Assembly: GCA_039545335.1 (NCBI GenBank)
Contig: BCIN01000002.1
Coordinates: 1,846,484-1,910,483 of the forward strand
Source: Kondoa subrosea
Lineage: Eukaryota
Reading direction: 5' to 3'
Length of the DNA stretch: 64,000 nucleotides
Part shown: piece by piece, positions 1 through 15,325 of the stretch
How the letters are laid out: each line of letters opens with the position of its first letter
How positions within the stretch are numbered: position 1 is the stretch's first letter
Position numbers and translations under genes: made by a program
The notes under the pieces: generated by a model
What the model was told of the DNA's origin: nothing
Databases searched by the model: none
Seen by the model: only the letters and a program-made list of their open reading frames with translations

Positions 1-940
1 CCCTTCAGATGCCCATTGCTGTCAGCTACAACCTCACTCAGTCACCTTCGGAGGCACATGTAAACTGATAGGGCTGTGCTGCCAATTGCAATCGACTAAC
101 AGAACTGATGAGGCTGTGCCGCTCACCACGTGCACTATATGTTATTCCTCAGTGACTTGCGCGCACAAACAATACAATTTTAATCGATAGCATCAAAATG
201 ATCAACAGACTAGTGGAGTGAAGTAATCCTAGATGGGTTTTCTAAGCTCCATCAAGAACCGCTAATGCATTAGTCTACCTTTATGGCCTAGTGCTCAGAT
301 GATTCTCGTGCAATACCGGTTGTCCTGAAGACGATGGTCCACGAGATTGGTATCGTTTTTGGAAAAGTTGGAGAAACAGGCTGTTCAAGTCACGTGGACT
401 TAACATGCTTACAGTTCTCTCTCTTCTCTCTCTTCATTCTTTTTGCAATCAAAGCGTTTAGACACTGTACCTCTGTCCCTTCACCTGCACTTCTTATATA
501 GTTGCTCTCACCACAAACATCAATCAACCTTCACCTTTACCTTGACCTCTACAGCTGGTGTAGCTTGCTACTTTGTCAGTGAGTCCATCGCCCACAATAG
601 AAAGGGCATGCATCAAAAGTACTTTTTTGCACCCTCATGCGTTTCTGTGCACCATCACTTGTCGCACATAGCAACGCAACTCTCAAAATACCAGCTTTTT
701 TGCGTTCGGTCTCCTTTTATACTTTCGTGAGTAGTTTCCCTAAGATGGCCGAGACACAAAGTTTCGGTTGATACGATGCGAAGTCCTGTTACCGCAACAA
801 TGCTGGAGCTTCGGCTTATTTAGTGATCATACACATACAATCCTGAACATTACCTAAACATGGCAGGAAGCCCTGGAATTATATGCTACACTCGGATGTA
901 CAGTCCATACTCTTGCTTCTCGCTCGCAGTAAATACAGAT

Positions 941-2880
<1,940 letters not shown>

Positions 2881-3116
2881 GGCTTGTAATGTTCGCTTCG
2901 TCCTTTGCATATGCGTTTGTGTCAAATCTCGTTTGGTATTGTTTCAAGTAGCTTCGCCGTTTGAACAGAGAGCGCGGGAAATATATGAGCAAAAATAGAT
3001 ACGATTGGGATGATAATCCTATGCCAATGCAAGACTACTCATAGACATGTCAATATGCAAACGAGTGTCCTTGTTGGGAATCCTGCGCTAAAGAAACGAT
3101 ATCAAACCCAAATGCA

Positions 3117-6100
3117 TCATCTAGACCGCTGCCGAGCATGTGTATGACTTTGCTCAATACCAGTCGCCAGAGGTGCATGCTCTTCAAAAGATGCTGAAGA
3201 ATGCGCGCTCATCGTCGAGGGATCTGAGGGAATGTTAGCTTACTAAGTTCTGTAGGCGAGTGTGTTGGCTAGCTCACAATGTGCCATGATATTGCCTGCT
3301 AGCGATTGATTTGAAGCAAAGTGCTGAGACTGAGACTGGTTATCCGCGAGGCCGTAGATCTGCCGCGAGCCAGGTGGCGGTGACTAGGAAAAGAAGCGAT
3401 CAGCGTTGATATGCGACTAAGGGCGATATTAGTCACTTTGGCGTAATCCGACTGCACGGGTGCATAATGCAGAGCACCGGCCATTATCTCTCGATTTGTG
3501 TCTTCCTCGTCGCTTTCATTCCACTCTTCTTCCAGCATGGCAGCCATTTGATCACTTTTGACTACCACAGAAGCCGAGTCATCCGTTGCATACAATCCGA
3601 CCGGAGGTGGCATGTGCGTAGTAGCGTCTTCCTGGTATTGACCGATTTGGCCACCGTACCGATCCTCTTCGCCGCTTGTAGCCAGAGAAGCCGTTTCTGC
3701 ATCCCAGCCTCTACTGCTGCGGGTCGACTCTGTAGTCGGATAATGTTGAGCGCTTCCGAAAGCACGTTCGAATTCCTTCTTCCTCTTGTTATCCCGTTTA
3801 GCTTTGCGTAAACGCGATCGCTCCCAGTCGTCCCATCTTCTGAATGGTACTGCATTGAGTTCGAAAGTCCCTATGCCGCCAACGTGCCCAAGATCTTTGA
3901 GTTCGCCCTCAACTTTGCGAGTTTCTCCCCAACTGAAGTCGTCAAAATGCCAGTAAGCATAGACCGGAAGAACAAAATTCTGCTCGTAACCATTAGCTAA
4001 CCAATAAATATTACCCAATGCGACCCTACCCAGATTGGTAGTGCTACGAGATAGACTAATAACCACAACAGATAAACGACTTTAAAAGTGGTGATAAGGA
4101 TGAGAACACCGGGCAGACCGAGCACACCGGCTAGCAGAAGAAGAGGGATGGCATCCGCAAAATTGTTTGGTGGATTGAGAATGTAGTTGATGATTAGGGA
4201 GTAAGTAAGACAAATGGCGACAGGCAAGACGACAGTTCCCATCAATTCCATCTGAAGACTGGATGTCAGCGTCTCCTCCTTGTGTCTGATTTGAACACTT
4301 ACGAAGACGATGAACTGCATGGAGAAGCAGAAAGTACCACACAAATTGCGCACTCGAACCAATTCCATGAGATTCTGTGGAGGTCAAACGTCAATAAGTC
4401 CCGACTTTAGAGTCCTGCACTTCAGGCTCACATGTATCGTAGAGTTAATCCATCGGCGGCGCTGAGATAGCAAAGTCTTGAAGTCATCTGGCGCTATTGT
4501 CCGACATTTCGCTTGAGGACAAAACATCATCTTGCGATTAGGAAAAGTACGAAGAAGGCAAGTCGTGAGAAATCGATCTTCACCAAGTAGTAGTAGATTT
4601 TTCTGATGTAGCGTTTGCACATCTGATTGACTGTATTCTTTGGTGATTTCAGCTTGAACGAGCACGGGTACCCAATCCGAATCATTTGCTTTGCGAGCTT
4701 TGATGCGATACATTGAGAAACAGCCTGGCAGACAAGTGACCCCGCCAAAGACCGATTCGAAGGCTTTCGAAAGGTGATGAGAGATAAAGTATTCAAAGAC
4801 TTGGATCGCTGTCACCCAAGATTGGCGCTTATTTGCTATTCTTGTTTCGCCGCAGACCCCCATGATGAATGGATCGTGCTGCATACAATTGACCAAAGCC
4901 GTCAGAGATTCAGGGTATACTTTAGTATCAGCGTCCACCTATACAATTGTCAGACAATTTTGAATTTCCTAGCATGAAGGCTTACCATCAGGCAGACCTC
5001 GAAGAAATCAGGAGTGACGCCCATGAGTGCTTGGGTTTTCCGAAATAGATCATAATCGAGTGGACACATCCGATCGTTGTAGGTGACTCGGCCAAAGAAA
5101 TTCATGAGAATCATTTGACCATCGCGTTTACCTCTGTTGCCGGGCTTCTTCTCATGTTGTTCCTCCGAGGCACCCACCTTGACAACGACCAAGATTGGCG
5201 TACGATGACCAGCAACAGCAGCTACGTTGTGATTAGCAAGAAACCCAAAGCTTCAAGGAAGACAATAATGCTCACTGTAATGACCAGCATAGACCAAAGC
5301 TTCGTTATGTGCCTTCTGCCCACTCCCTACTGCACCATATGACATTCTCTGCGGTTCTCCCTGGCCGAATCTTTCATCCCGCTCCACCAAACCAACGCAA
5401 ATATCAGGTGTTGATCTTTTCTCTCCGCTTCCGGTTACAATTCCATCGCAAACCACAAAGAGCAGCTTTCTCGCGTCGGAATATGTTGTCCCAGCAATTG
5501 AATCCAGTGTAGATCGAATTGAATCTTCACCTTCGGAATAACAGGTAACTAAGCAAACGCAAAACAATTCGGCCCCAATGGCAGCCATGTTGATCATTCC
5601 ATCCGCGTCTACTGGTGATACGTTCTTCTTCTCATTGAAATGCCCATTTAGTCTCGCAGACTTCTCGTTGATAGGCGAAGAAGACAATGATTTGGCTGAT
5701 TTGTTCTTGGCGGAGTTTGTCATGGCTTGAGTCCATGGAGCTGTGCCTGTTCGATTGTTGACTTCAATGTTGGCACCCTCGGGCATTACTGCTGGCGAAA
5801 CAACTTGACGGCGGAGATTTTTAGGCGGTCGAACTAATCTTCGGGAAAGGAACCAGGAGAAGATGCAAGCCATGAAGAAGCGAACCAGGATGATGCCCAA
5901 AATCACTACAAGCGATACGTAGAGGAAGAGTTGAGCTATAAAACAGCCTGGAGTAGTTTTGTCAATCTTGCCAGCTCCGTAGCGAGCCTTGAGGCATGGA
6001 ACAGCATCCTGCAAAAGTTTACGATTGTGGAATAACCGTGTTGCGTCTTTACCTCCTGTTGGATCTTGCGTGAGCAGAACTTGTCTAATAGCCGTATCAA

Positions 6101-7205
6101 CTTCGTCGCCGGAAACACCATTGGGATGCGCGAGCATATAAGGAGTGAGATTAAGGACTTCTCCATCGATTGCTAGATGATTGGGAGCATTGGCGACCTG
6201 GTCCCAGCTATAGCCAACTTCCTTTGTAGAGTTGAACACGTTCAATGTTTTGAAAAGGGCAGTCGTTGGTGCACCCAATTCGCAATCGCCACTGAGTGTA
6301 CTGCTTGAATTTGCGCATAGATTTGCCGTTGCATAAGCGTTTCTGATGCCTGAGCATTGAGGGAAAAAGTTGTTTGCTGAGCGGTCAAAGAAGTAAGACA
6401 CGTCGGTTCCAGAGTATGCAGCAGCGTAGGTCTTGAGATCTATACCCTGCACCGGTTGTGAGGTGTTGGCAAGAAACATCCAGCCCGTGATCCCGACATA
6501 GCCTTATACATGATCATCAATTGCTAATTGTTTACAGGTACTGCGTAGCGCACCTGATTGCTGTCCCTGCGTGATGATTTCTTCCGGAGAGCTTGCACTA
6601 CTCGCAGGACATAGTGTCCGATTAAGCCCAATGGTAAAAAAGGCAACCACTCCACCCATCAATAAAGCGATCAAACATAACGCAACCTTCTCTCTCCAAG
6701 CCCTCTGCACCAATTTTTCCTTCATACCACATGCCGATAGTGCAAAAGCAGGTGCCCAAAGTGTACTAACTGTTACAAAAGCTGCCCAAGGTTGAAACCA
6801 TGGTCGATGTTCAGCCTGGGTCACAGCTGGTGTGTTGGAGAACGAGGCATTCGCTACATGTGTTGGATTTATTAGAGGAGCGGGAGCAACATGTCTGTCT
6901 GGTCTGGTAAGGGTCTTGCCCCTTCTCAAGGTTGTTGCAGAAGATAATCCAGGAGGACCGTGATTCTGATATGTTGGCATTCCACCAGCACGAGGGTCCA
7001 TTTGCTGTTCTCTCTGCCGTACAGTTGCGCCGCGATGCAAAGGAGCTTGCCTGGTTGAGTAACGATTTTGGACTGATGGGGCATTGTTTGCTCTGGCAGG
7101 TCTGTAATTAGGTGGTTGCTTGTTTGGAAGCGGAGGATTTGGTGAGTGGTTCAGATTTGGCATGTAGGCTGATCTCTCATCATAAGAATCTTGCCTTGAG
7201 TACAT
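3117..7205 (-). CDS. Chitin synthase (class IV/division 2 type, no myosin motor)
   Basis: Motifs [56 protein letters not shown] and DDFSWGETR. Introns are canonical GT-AG; last exon ends RQRSR-TGA. Confidence 0.95.
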
Positions 7206-7976
7206 TATCGCGAGTTGGTCGAGAAGGAGTAATTGTTGGCGAATGGACGGCGACCAGCGCTCAATTGGTAGAGATATTGGAGCACAGGGAGTCCTGGACT
7301 GAGAAAGGGTCCGCAGAAAGAAGGAAAGACGAGACGGAAATGCCCTTTCCCAATCTGCTTGAGTTCTAAAGGTGGCAGAGGTTGCTGTAGAATGTAGCAA
7401 ATGAACGCATGTAGTGGTAATACCAGTACACCAGCTAAGTAGTATGGGCGCGTGACCGTTGCTTTGTGTTCGAGCTTGTGCTGTTAAACGAGCTAGCTTG
7501 CGAGCAGTTGCTGGTTGGATGGAGGGTATCAGTCGTGTCAAACTCAGGTATGCAGTCCTGCTTGAGAAACAGGATCGTTGGTCGCGACTCCTTGGGGAGT
7601 TTTGCGAAAGAAACTTTGAAAACTTACAAAACACACACGTCAGTGCGAGCGCATCTCCTCAGGCTTTCCCCTGTTTCTTTCCTCCTAGCTTGTGTTGCAG
7701 GCCAAAAGCCAAGCAAGAGGGACGCAGTGAGGCTCGTGATTTTAGCTTTGTCACTGCCTGCTGACGTGAACGTAGGTTCAGCTTGGATCCAAGTTGTCAT
7801 TGCAATGGCAGAGCCTCAGTCGCTGGTAGACAGTCTCTGCGTCAGGTTAAGCTCACAATATTAGTAAGTCAGCCGCCCAGAGGGTCAAGCGCTAGCTCAC
7901 AGCATCGGACAGCTACTCAGATTACAACACTTCTAAACGAGAACAGGCTTCGCATAACACTGGCTCCTCAATCACA

Positions 7977-9358
7977 ATGTCACACAATCAAAAGATGCGG
8001 GCCATCTCAAGATCTCCGCCCAAGTCAATGACTCTCAATCCTTCGCATAAGAGGCACTCATCTGCTGGTGCTGCCTTCCGACGTTCTATATCATCCGGTA
8101 ATAGTGTTGCTCCTTCGACCCCTCGTCACAGCAAATCACTCCAGTCTGTCGATGACGAAGAGAACATGGCAAATCCAATTCCAAAGGTAATCAGTAGACC
8201 GCCTTCGCCAGCAAAGGACGAACAAGGTGACGTCAAAATGACTGGTCGAAATTCGCCTATCAGAGCTCCTAGTCTTCCTAATCACTTGTCTGAAGCAATG
8301 GAAGCTCCTCTGGTGCTTTTGCGACCGGCCATGTTATCCACCGACAACTCCAACTCTAGTCCAGTCCCTTCTTCGTCATCTTTGCTACGAGCTGCGGTCA
8401 TTCAGCCAACCAAAGGTTCATCGGCAGTCAAAACTTCAGCCACCCACCCTTTGCATGTCAGCGTGATTCTCCCGCCTGAATTGCTGAATACTCTGTACAG
8501 CGCATTCTTCGCTTCCCAAATTCTTTCAAACCCAGTTTCGCCATGGATCATCGATCATGTCACCGAACCAATGGACCTCAGCCATTTTGTTTACCCGCCT
8601 CAAACTCTCCCAAATGCTTCCAGATTCTCGAAGGGCTTGGGCAACATCATGCTGTCTTCTTGCCCAGGGAAGAAAGTCCGCTTGGCCGGTACATTACCTC
8701 AAGGTGGTCGAGCTGGCATTTGCAGGGATTTGAAGATCGATTTGCAACGTTATGTTGACGTTTATTCTATTTCTACCATAGTCTGCTGCTTGGACGATGA
8801 GGAATTGGCACTTCTAGGCGCACCTTGGCGGGAATACGATCTGCATGCCAGGGAATTGGGTTTGACTGTCGTGCGATATCCAATGGCTGAAGGATGCTGC
8901 CCTGAAACTGTCGAGGATCTGGACGAAATGTTGGAAACGTTGATCGTGCAAGAGACATTGAGAGGGAAACATCTCTTGATTCATTGCAGGGGAGGTGTCG
9001 GCAGGGTAATTTGATATCCTTTCGATTGGGCGTGGAAGGTTTAAAAACGTTTGCTAAATAGGCTGGACTCGTGGCTGTCTGCTGGATGATCAAAGTTGGC
9101 CTTCTGGGCAAACTGCCTGCTGACGAAGATGGAGCTTTGGAAATGGTTGCTACTGGTGTCCAAATCATCCGAAAACGTCGAAGGTGATTTTGAGACTGTG
9201 GTCGCAGTCACCCGCTGAGACAATATTACTGATTCAGCCCCAAGGCAATTGAAACGAGCATTCAAGTCAGATTCATTCTCGATTACGTTTTGTACCTTGC
9301 CGCCAGAGCAACAGTCACAACTGCTCAAGACCTACTACCAACATTCTCCCAGTACTAA
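7977..9358 (+). CDS. Dual-specificity/PTP-superfamily phosphatase (CDKN3-like) with Ser/Pro-rich N-terminus
   Basis: GNIMLSSCPGKK, RDLKIDL and catalytic HCRGGVGR|AG; C-terminal RRSPKAIET follows two introns. Confidence 0.88.
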
Positions 9359-9496
9359 AACAATACACTTATGCAAGAAACCACTCTCAATATACCATTG
9401 TACAGCGCTATTCCCTCATAGATAATGTGATTCCATCATAAGTAATTTGTAAGCATGAAGGATCTTTGCATTGTTTATCCTTTGACCCTACTTGAC

Positions 9497-11858
9497 TTAA
9501 TTCAAAGCCTCCCGGACCTCTTCTCTGATTCTCTTCTGTAAATCAATCGATTCCTGGAAAACCTTGTACTTCACATCAAGTAGCTTCTTCTCCTTCTCAG
9601 TGTGAGAAGGTCGCACGGTCTTGCCTGGCTTGGACATTTTGACCTGCAAAAAGAGGCTCAATGAATAAGCTATGGAGGGTGAGCGAATGAGCTCACCATG
9701 ATTTCCCAAAGTTTTTCACGCATCGCCATTCCTCTCTTCTCGATAGTCTCTTGTCCTTCTATGTGTCCTTGAGCTGCTTCATCCGCCGCCGCAGCGCCCA
9801 GCATCGCCGCTCCTAATACAACCGAAGCGGAAGAAGAGAAGGGCAGCTGAACAGGCATGTTGCAAGCGTTAGCGATCAATAGCATTAGGATTGGGTTCTT
9901 CGCCAGTCCGCCGCTCATGAAGATGGAAGAAATTTTGTGACCTTTGGAATTCATAGTATCAACAATATGACGTGTTTGCAGACTGATTTTGAGGAATCAG
10001 AGTACGCTAACGAGATTTGACAGACCTGGCTCACGCAATCGCCTCGCATGTAGCCAAGTATTTGAGTGCAAGATCGTGCAGTGTTTTATCCAGCGCCAAG
10101 CCAATCAGAACTCCGCGCAGTTTAGGATCCGCTATAGGAGAGCGGTTACCTGCCGGACTCAGAACAAGTAAGCTTTGAGCTGGTGTGGAATGTGAACCAC
10201 CCACCGTGCAAATCGGGATATAAAAAGAGATTACGAGTCAAGTAAGGCAGAAAGGGCGCTTGCTGTTCTTGCTGCATTTCCTGTAGCATTCCACCTAGAT
10301 ACTGGAAATGGTGGATTCCTTTCTCTGCCGCTAGTGATTGCAGCTTCGCGAAAGCTGGATGTGTCTCTACCATGAAGTCGAGAAGTTGACCGGTGGAAGA
10401 TTGTCTGTCTACTTTATTAGATAATTCGTGAGACCCGAAAAGACATGCTTACCCTCCTTCGTTCATCCAGTCTTGCTTGATATGTCAATAATCGATCTTA
10501 GACCTTTATGAACGGGAGACACGTACAGTCCCTGAAGATAGGATGCAAGTATGGTCCCCAAACTCCCGGAACAAATACTGGCTTGCTACTCTGAACGACG
10601 TGGCAAGTACTTGTACCCGCGATAGCAGCAAGACGGCTTCCAGAATCTTGAAGAGTTGCATCCGTTTCGCCTTCCATGGTAGCAGCAATAGTGCCGATCC
10701 AGCCGGCGTATGCATCGATCACACCAGAGCCTACTGGAGTCCCTTCTACCAGACCGAGCTGTTCTGCAGCTTTCGCTGAAAGACCTTTACCAACCGGTTG
10801 ACCAGCAGTCAGAATTTGCCCTTTCTTTCCTGGCTGACCACCGAGTTGTTCAAAGTCGTTGTCAACCTATACTTCTGGTTTAGCAGCGAATTAGAGAAAG
10901 TGAGTCGAAATCCGCACGAAATCTGAAAGACCGATTTGTTGCAAGAACTTCTTATTCCAACCCTCGCCATCTTCCACTTCAGGAGGGACGTAGCTACATT
11001 TGCAAGCGAGGGAGCAATTACTGCGGGCAAGATCTCCGGTAGCTAGATAAGTAAGGAAATCCGGCAGGTCAAAGAACATGGATCGCTTGAAGACATCGGC
11101 TGGCATATGTTTCTTGAGCCAAAGAATCTGTAATCGTCAGGAAATGCTCGATCGGCTCGAGCTCGATCGGTAAAACAGGATAACGTACTTTGGGCATCTC
11201 CATCTCGAGAGACATCTATTTCGCGCTGCTTTAGCTCTGACTGCTTGCCCATACCAAACAACATACAATGCCTCCAACATACTTGAGCACTGAAGAACCC
11301 GAGGCATTGATAGTGTTGGCCTCCTCGCCAGCGCGATGATCGGCCCACAGAATAACATTGAACTTGTCGCTACCAGTGTCCCATTGACCAGGAGTGACAG
11401 ATTGAGGTGTACCATCATAAGTGCTGACTGCCAAAGAACAGGTCGCGTCGAAACCTATGCCCTTAATCTGTCCTTTCGAAACTCCTGCTGTTTTAACCAC
11501 ATCTTTGCAGGCTTTGGATATGCAGTCCCAAACTGAAGGCAAAGTCTGAGTCCTCAATTAAGAGGAAGATAGCATAAGCTGACTTTGGCTTGTAGACTGC
11601 TCAAATATGTCTGCATCTTTTTCATCTCGGCGGGTGACAGTTGCGTAGGAGCTTTCGGCCTGCGAGTCGGTATGCAATGCGATCATAGCGCAAGGATCAT
11701 TGCATGCTTACCAGAACTGCAGGCAATTACCTTCTGTCAGCAACAAGCTTAAATAAGTTTGCTGATGACGAACTGGTTCCTTCAGAGTCTACTAGAGCTG
11801 CTCTAGCAGATCCAGTTCCAACATCAACCCCTATGTAGAGCGGGCGCTTGTTATCCAT
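9497..11858 (-). CDS. FGGY-family pentulose kinase (D-ribulokinase-like)
   Basis: [56 protein letters not shown] and MSGGLAKN. Includes a 5-nt exon at 11712-11716. Confidence 0.95.
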
Positions 11859-12011
11859 ATTGAGTATGCTGGACGTTTCACTGGAAGCAACTGTGTGCAG
11901 CTTTACTTCAATAAATTACGGTATACTACTACACAGCTCTGTGACGGCGTACAACATGTAAGAATTATCACTTCTACTAGATCTATTACCTTGATATACA
12001 TTCAAAATCTG

Positions 12012-13728
12012 CTATTGTTCGGACCATTGACCAGGATTGGGCCGAGGAGGAGGTGGATGTGTCTGCATTTGCTGACCTAGAGATGGTAATTGATGTTGGC
12101 TGTAAGTGTTTGCTTGCGATAGAGCTGCTTCCAATTCAGCGATACGAGTCTTATCTTGTCGTACGACCTCTTCGATATTCTTGATATGCTCTGTCGAAAA
12201 CAGGGTGCACATGATCAGCTGATCAAAGACTGAGTCTTTCTGAAAAAACACACCGACTGCAGCAGCAAGAGTCTCCCACTTGCTAGGTTTTACGCCTTGA
12301 TCTTCAGGGAGACAAGCACGCAAATCATCAAAGAGTTCTCTCATCTCCCTCCGACGTTTCCTTTCTGCAATTTTGTGACTGTCAATCAGCACGAATCAGC
12401 TAATCAGCCATGGACTTTACTGAATCTGCTGAAACATACGAAACTCTCAACTCAGGGCTGCGGGAATAGGGATTTTTCGCCTTTCCAACAGTGCCACGAG
12501 TAGCGCGCCCTGATTTGGAAGTAGTTTCTTGTAGTTCTTGCTCTGGCGTAAAATCAGGATCGGTTTGAGAACCCCTCGAGCCACCAAAAACCTTTCTCCC
12601 CAATTCGTCTTCCGACCCCTCATCCGGTAGGCTGCCTATCCGATCTTGACGTGGTCTCGCCTGTTGCTGCTCTTGTAGCGACGGAAGAGGAGGCAAAGGC
12701 GAAGCAAGAGGAGGCAGATAGGTTGAAGATGGGCCAGGCATACCCTGAGCGATAGCTGGAAGAGAGTAACCTTGATGCATTTGACTCAAAGGGAAGATAG
12801 GCCCTGATGGTGAAGGAGGGAAAGGCTGTCTTGGAACTTGATACTGCTGAGAGAATCTGCGTTCTTGACCTATTGATGCGGGATCAAAGCCAGAAGCTGG
12901 GAAATCGTACGATGCTAGCTGCGTGCGAAGATTTGGTATGGTGCCCATCATACTGTTTGGCATACTTGCTGAACGAGGATGTCGATCAGGGAACATGTGC
13001 GAATGTTGATTGGTTCCGAGAGGAGAGGGATGTGTTAAGCCTAACGGCGGAAAGGGATTTGAGAATTGTAGGGAAGGGGAGCCAATCTGATGATTAGGTG
13101 GTATAGAGTAGGCAGGATAACTGGGAGCCCATTCTGCTGAGCTGCCAAGCTGGCTTGAATAGCCGCTCGAAGCAGAGCTTCTTCTGAATTCGGAGTTGTT
13201 TGAGGTACTTGATGCTCGTCGTTCAGCTAGTTCCAGCTGTCGTACGCCCGTATCCGATACAATTGATGGTCTTCTCCCGTCGCTGTTGTTAACGTAGTCT
13301 GCAGTATTCGCCATGTTGTCGCCCGATGTGAATGTCCCTTCTTCTTGGTCCTGATCGCTTGCTCTTCGCTTGCCTAGAGACGTGACAGATGGAGATACAC
13401 GACCTTGTGGAATGGATGGCAAATTGTTAGATGGTGACACCTGGCTCTTTGGAATGGATGGCAAGTTGTTTCTATTCAAGTGTCCGCCAGACATGAGCTC
13501 TGAGTTTCGGCTACAAAGAATGACTTACTGTATACCGTCGACAGGTGACCTAACCTCTTGTGACTGTCCAGGGAAGGGCAGCATGCTGGAAGAATATTGA
13601 TGGAAGGAGCTGTTTGCTGATACAGGAGAGCTTCCTTGTTCTGACCAAGTGTGAGTAGAATGCGCGTATGCAGAAGGATCCGTTTGACCTCCTAAGAGTA
13701 ACCCTTGACGCTGTAATGGATACGCCAA
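12012..13728 (-). CDS. bHLH transcription factor (Esc1/DevR-like)
   Basis: Spliced PYSRSPELRVS|HKIAERKRRREMRELFDDLRACLP...SKWETL, preceded by a long low-complexity N-terminus. First exon MAYPLQ is joined in frame via intron 13528-13472. Confidence 0.88.
13387..13470 (-). repeat. 42-bp tandem duplication encoding NNLPSIPKSQVSPS / NNLPSIPQGRVSPS
   Basis: Directly visible in the translation of the bHLH gene. Confidence 0.85.
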
Positions 13729-14291
13729 AGAAGTTTCAGACCGAGCAACAAAAAGGGGTTCGAGATTTGATCGCGTGTCTTAGCACAGGATGACACGGAT
13801 CGACTGAGGCAATGGAAATAGAGAGGTAGGGGAGATGAATTGATACAACAGGAGCTTACGGGACCATTATTACTCGTCATACGAATGTGTATATCTTGAA
13901 CCCCCTGCAGATTCTTCTGAGACAGTCTGCTAATTTGATCGCGCTGTCGTCCACGAGTCGTCGTCCATGTGGAAGGAGCTAGCCCGCTCGCTTCGAGTTG
14001 CGCTTATAACAATGTCGTCCCCGAGAGAAGTATTTTGCCTTGGCTGACGAGGAGATACTATACCTAAGGCGCCTTAGCAAGCTCAAGAGATGAGAAACTT
14101 GCGCAAATGACACAAGCAAGGTTGCTCAGAAGGAGTGCAATTCCGCCGTCAAAAGCAGTGCACATATATAACTTCAAACAGAAAAGAACCCTTCGATCTG
14201 TCTCATAGTTTCCACAAGGCGTTTTTCTATTACACAAGTGTCCATTGTATCCCTGGTCTTTTCCCTTTCCTGTCTCATTGCGCGATCCCTT

Positions 14292-14888
14292 TCAATGTTT
14301 GCTGCGAGAGAGTGCAGAATAGTCGAGTGGAGCAAGACCCGGAAGTGAAGCATTCGCAAGCGCTTGTTGGCCTTGCCTTGACACCATTCGATCTCCGGCG
14401 GACTCCAGTTGCGACAGTCGATCGGACAGAAAGGGAAGACGGTCTATTTGGGAGGCGTAGACCGCGGATTTCGCAGGCTGGTATGCAAATGGCGAAGAGC
14501 CTTCCCAAGGCGAGGGTGGTAGGAGGACAGCTTTCATATATGATGCAGAACTGGCTGGTTGCCATGCTTCGCTTGCAACAGGCGCTGAACTTGATCTGGT
14601 TGAACCTCTTTCCTTACTGCGTACCCCGGTGTTTGATGAACCCCTCTGCGAAATCGATGTAGAATCACTTTGACTCCCGCTAACTTGACTTCTCTTGGCC
14701 CGCCGGCTGTCTGTCGAGAGAGATGAAGGGGTTTCCAAGGGTGCAATAGAGGGTTGCATATAGAGATCTTCCTGAAAGTAGCTTTCAGGAGACAGACGAT
14801 TGTATGAAGAGGTAACTGCGAACGACAGCCTTTTATTTGCATCGCGAGACAGACCAGAGCCGGTAGGATAAAGGCCGTGATAAGCCAT
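14292..14888 (-). CDS. Hypothetical Ser-rich protein (198 aa, intronless ORF)
   Basis: ATG-initiated 198-codon ORF with composition typical of disordered fungal proteins. No recognisable domain. Confidence 0.4.
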   Translation of the reverse strand: MAYHGLYPTGSGLSRDANKRLSFAVTSSYNRLSPESYFQEDLYMQPSIAPLETPSSLSTDSRRAKRSQVSGSQSDSTSISQRGSSNTGVRSKERGSTRSSSAPVASEAWQPASSASYMKAVLLPPSPWEGSSPFAYQPAKSAVYASQIDRLPFLSDRLSQLESAGDRMVSRQGQQALANASLPGLAPLDYSALSRSKH

Positions 14889-15325
14889 TCTAAATTGTGT
14901 CTTGCGGGCTGCCTCATTGAATTAGCTCAAACACATGCAAGCACGGAATTTGTGACTCGCATTTGACAAGTCCACTCTAATAGTGAAGCATACAATATGG
15001 ACAAGAGTTGACAATAGGCAGCAAACGCCAACATCCAGGGGCTATGTTCAACTCGGGAGAGCTCAAGTACTCTAACCAGCAGCGCCTACCTTCTGCAGCG
15101 TATGGTCCGACATAAGAGAAAGCGAAGACCCTCGAAAGGCAACGAAAGAACAAAGCAAACAGTGCCTCCAAATCTAGGCGGTGTATCCAAGCATGTGGAA
15201 AATGAGGTCAAGATCAGTTGTAGAAAGTACCGATAGTACACAGTAGCGAGCGTGAGGCTAATGAGGCCTCGAGAAGTTTGATGCTGGTTCGCTTTGTTGA
15301 GGGCATGTATTCATGGTTGACCTCT

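Noticed and set aside
443..730. 95-aa ORF from the track
   Set aside because: TTG start, reads through intron-like segments, and has no recognisable protein features.
735..745. CCCTAA as a telomerase RNA template
   Set aside because: Single hexamer without the 1.5-repeat template (TAACCCTAA) expected.
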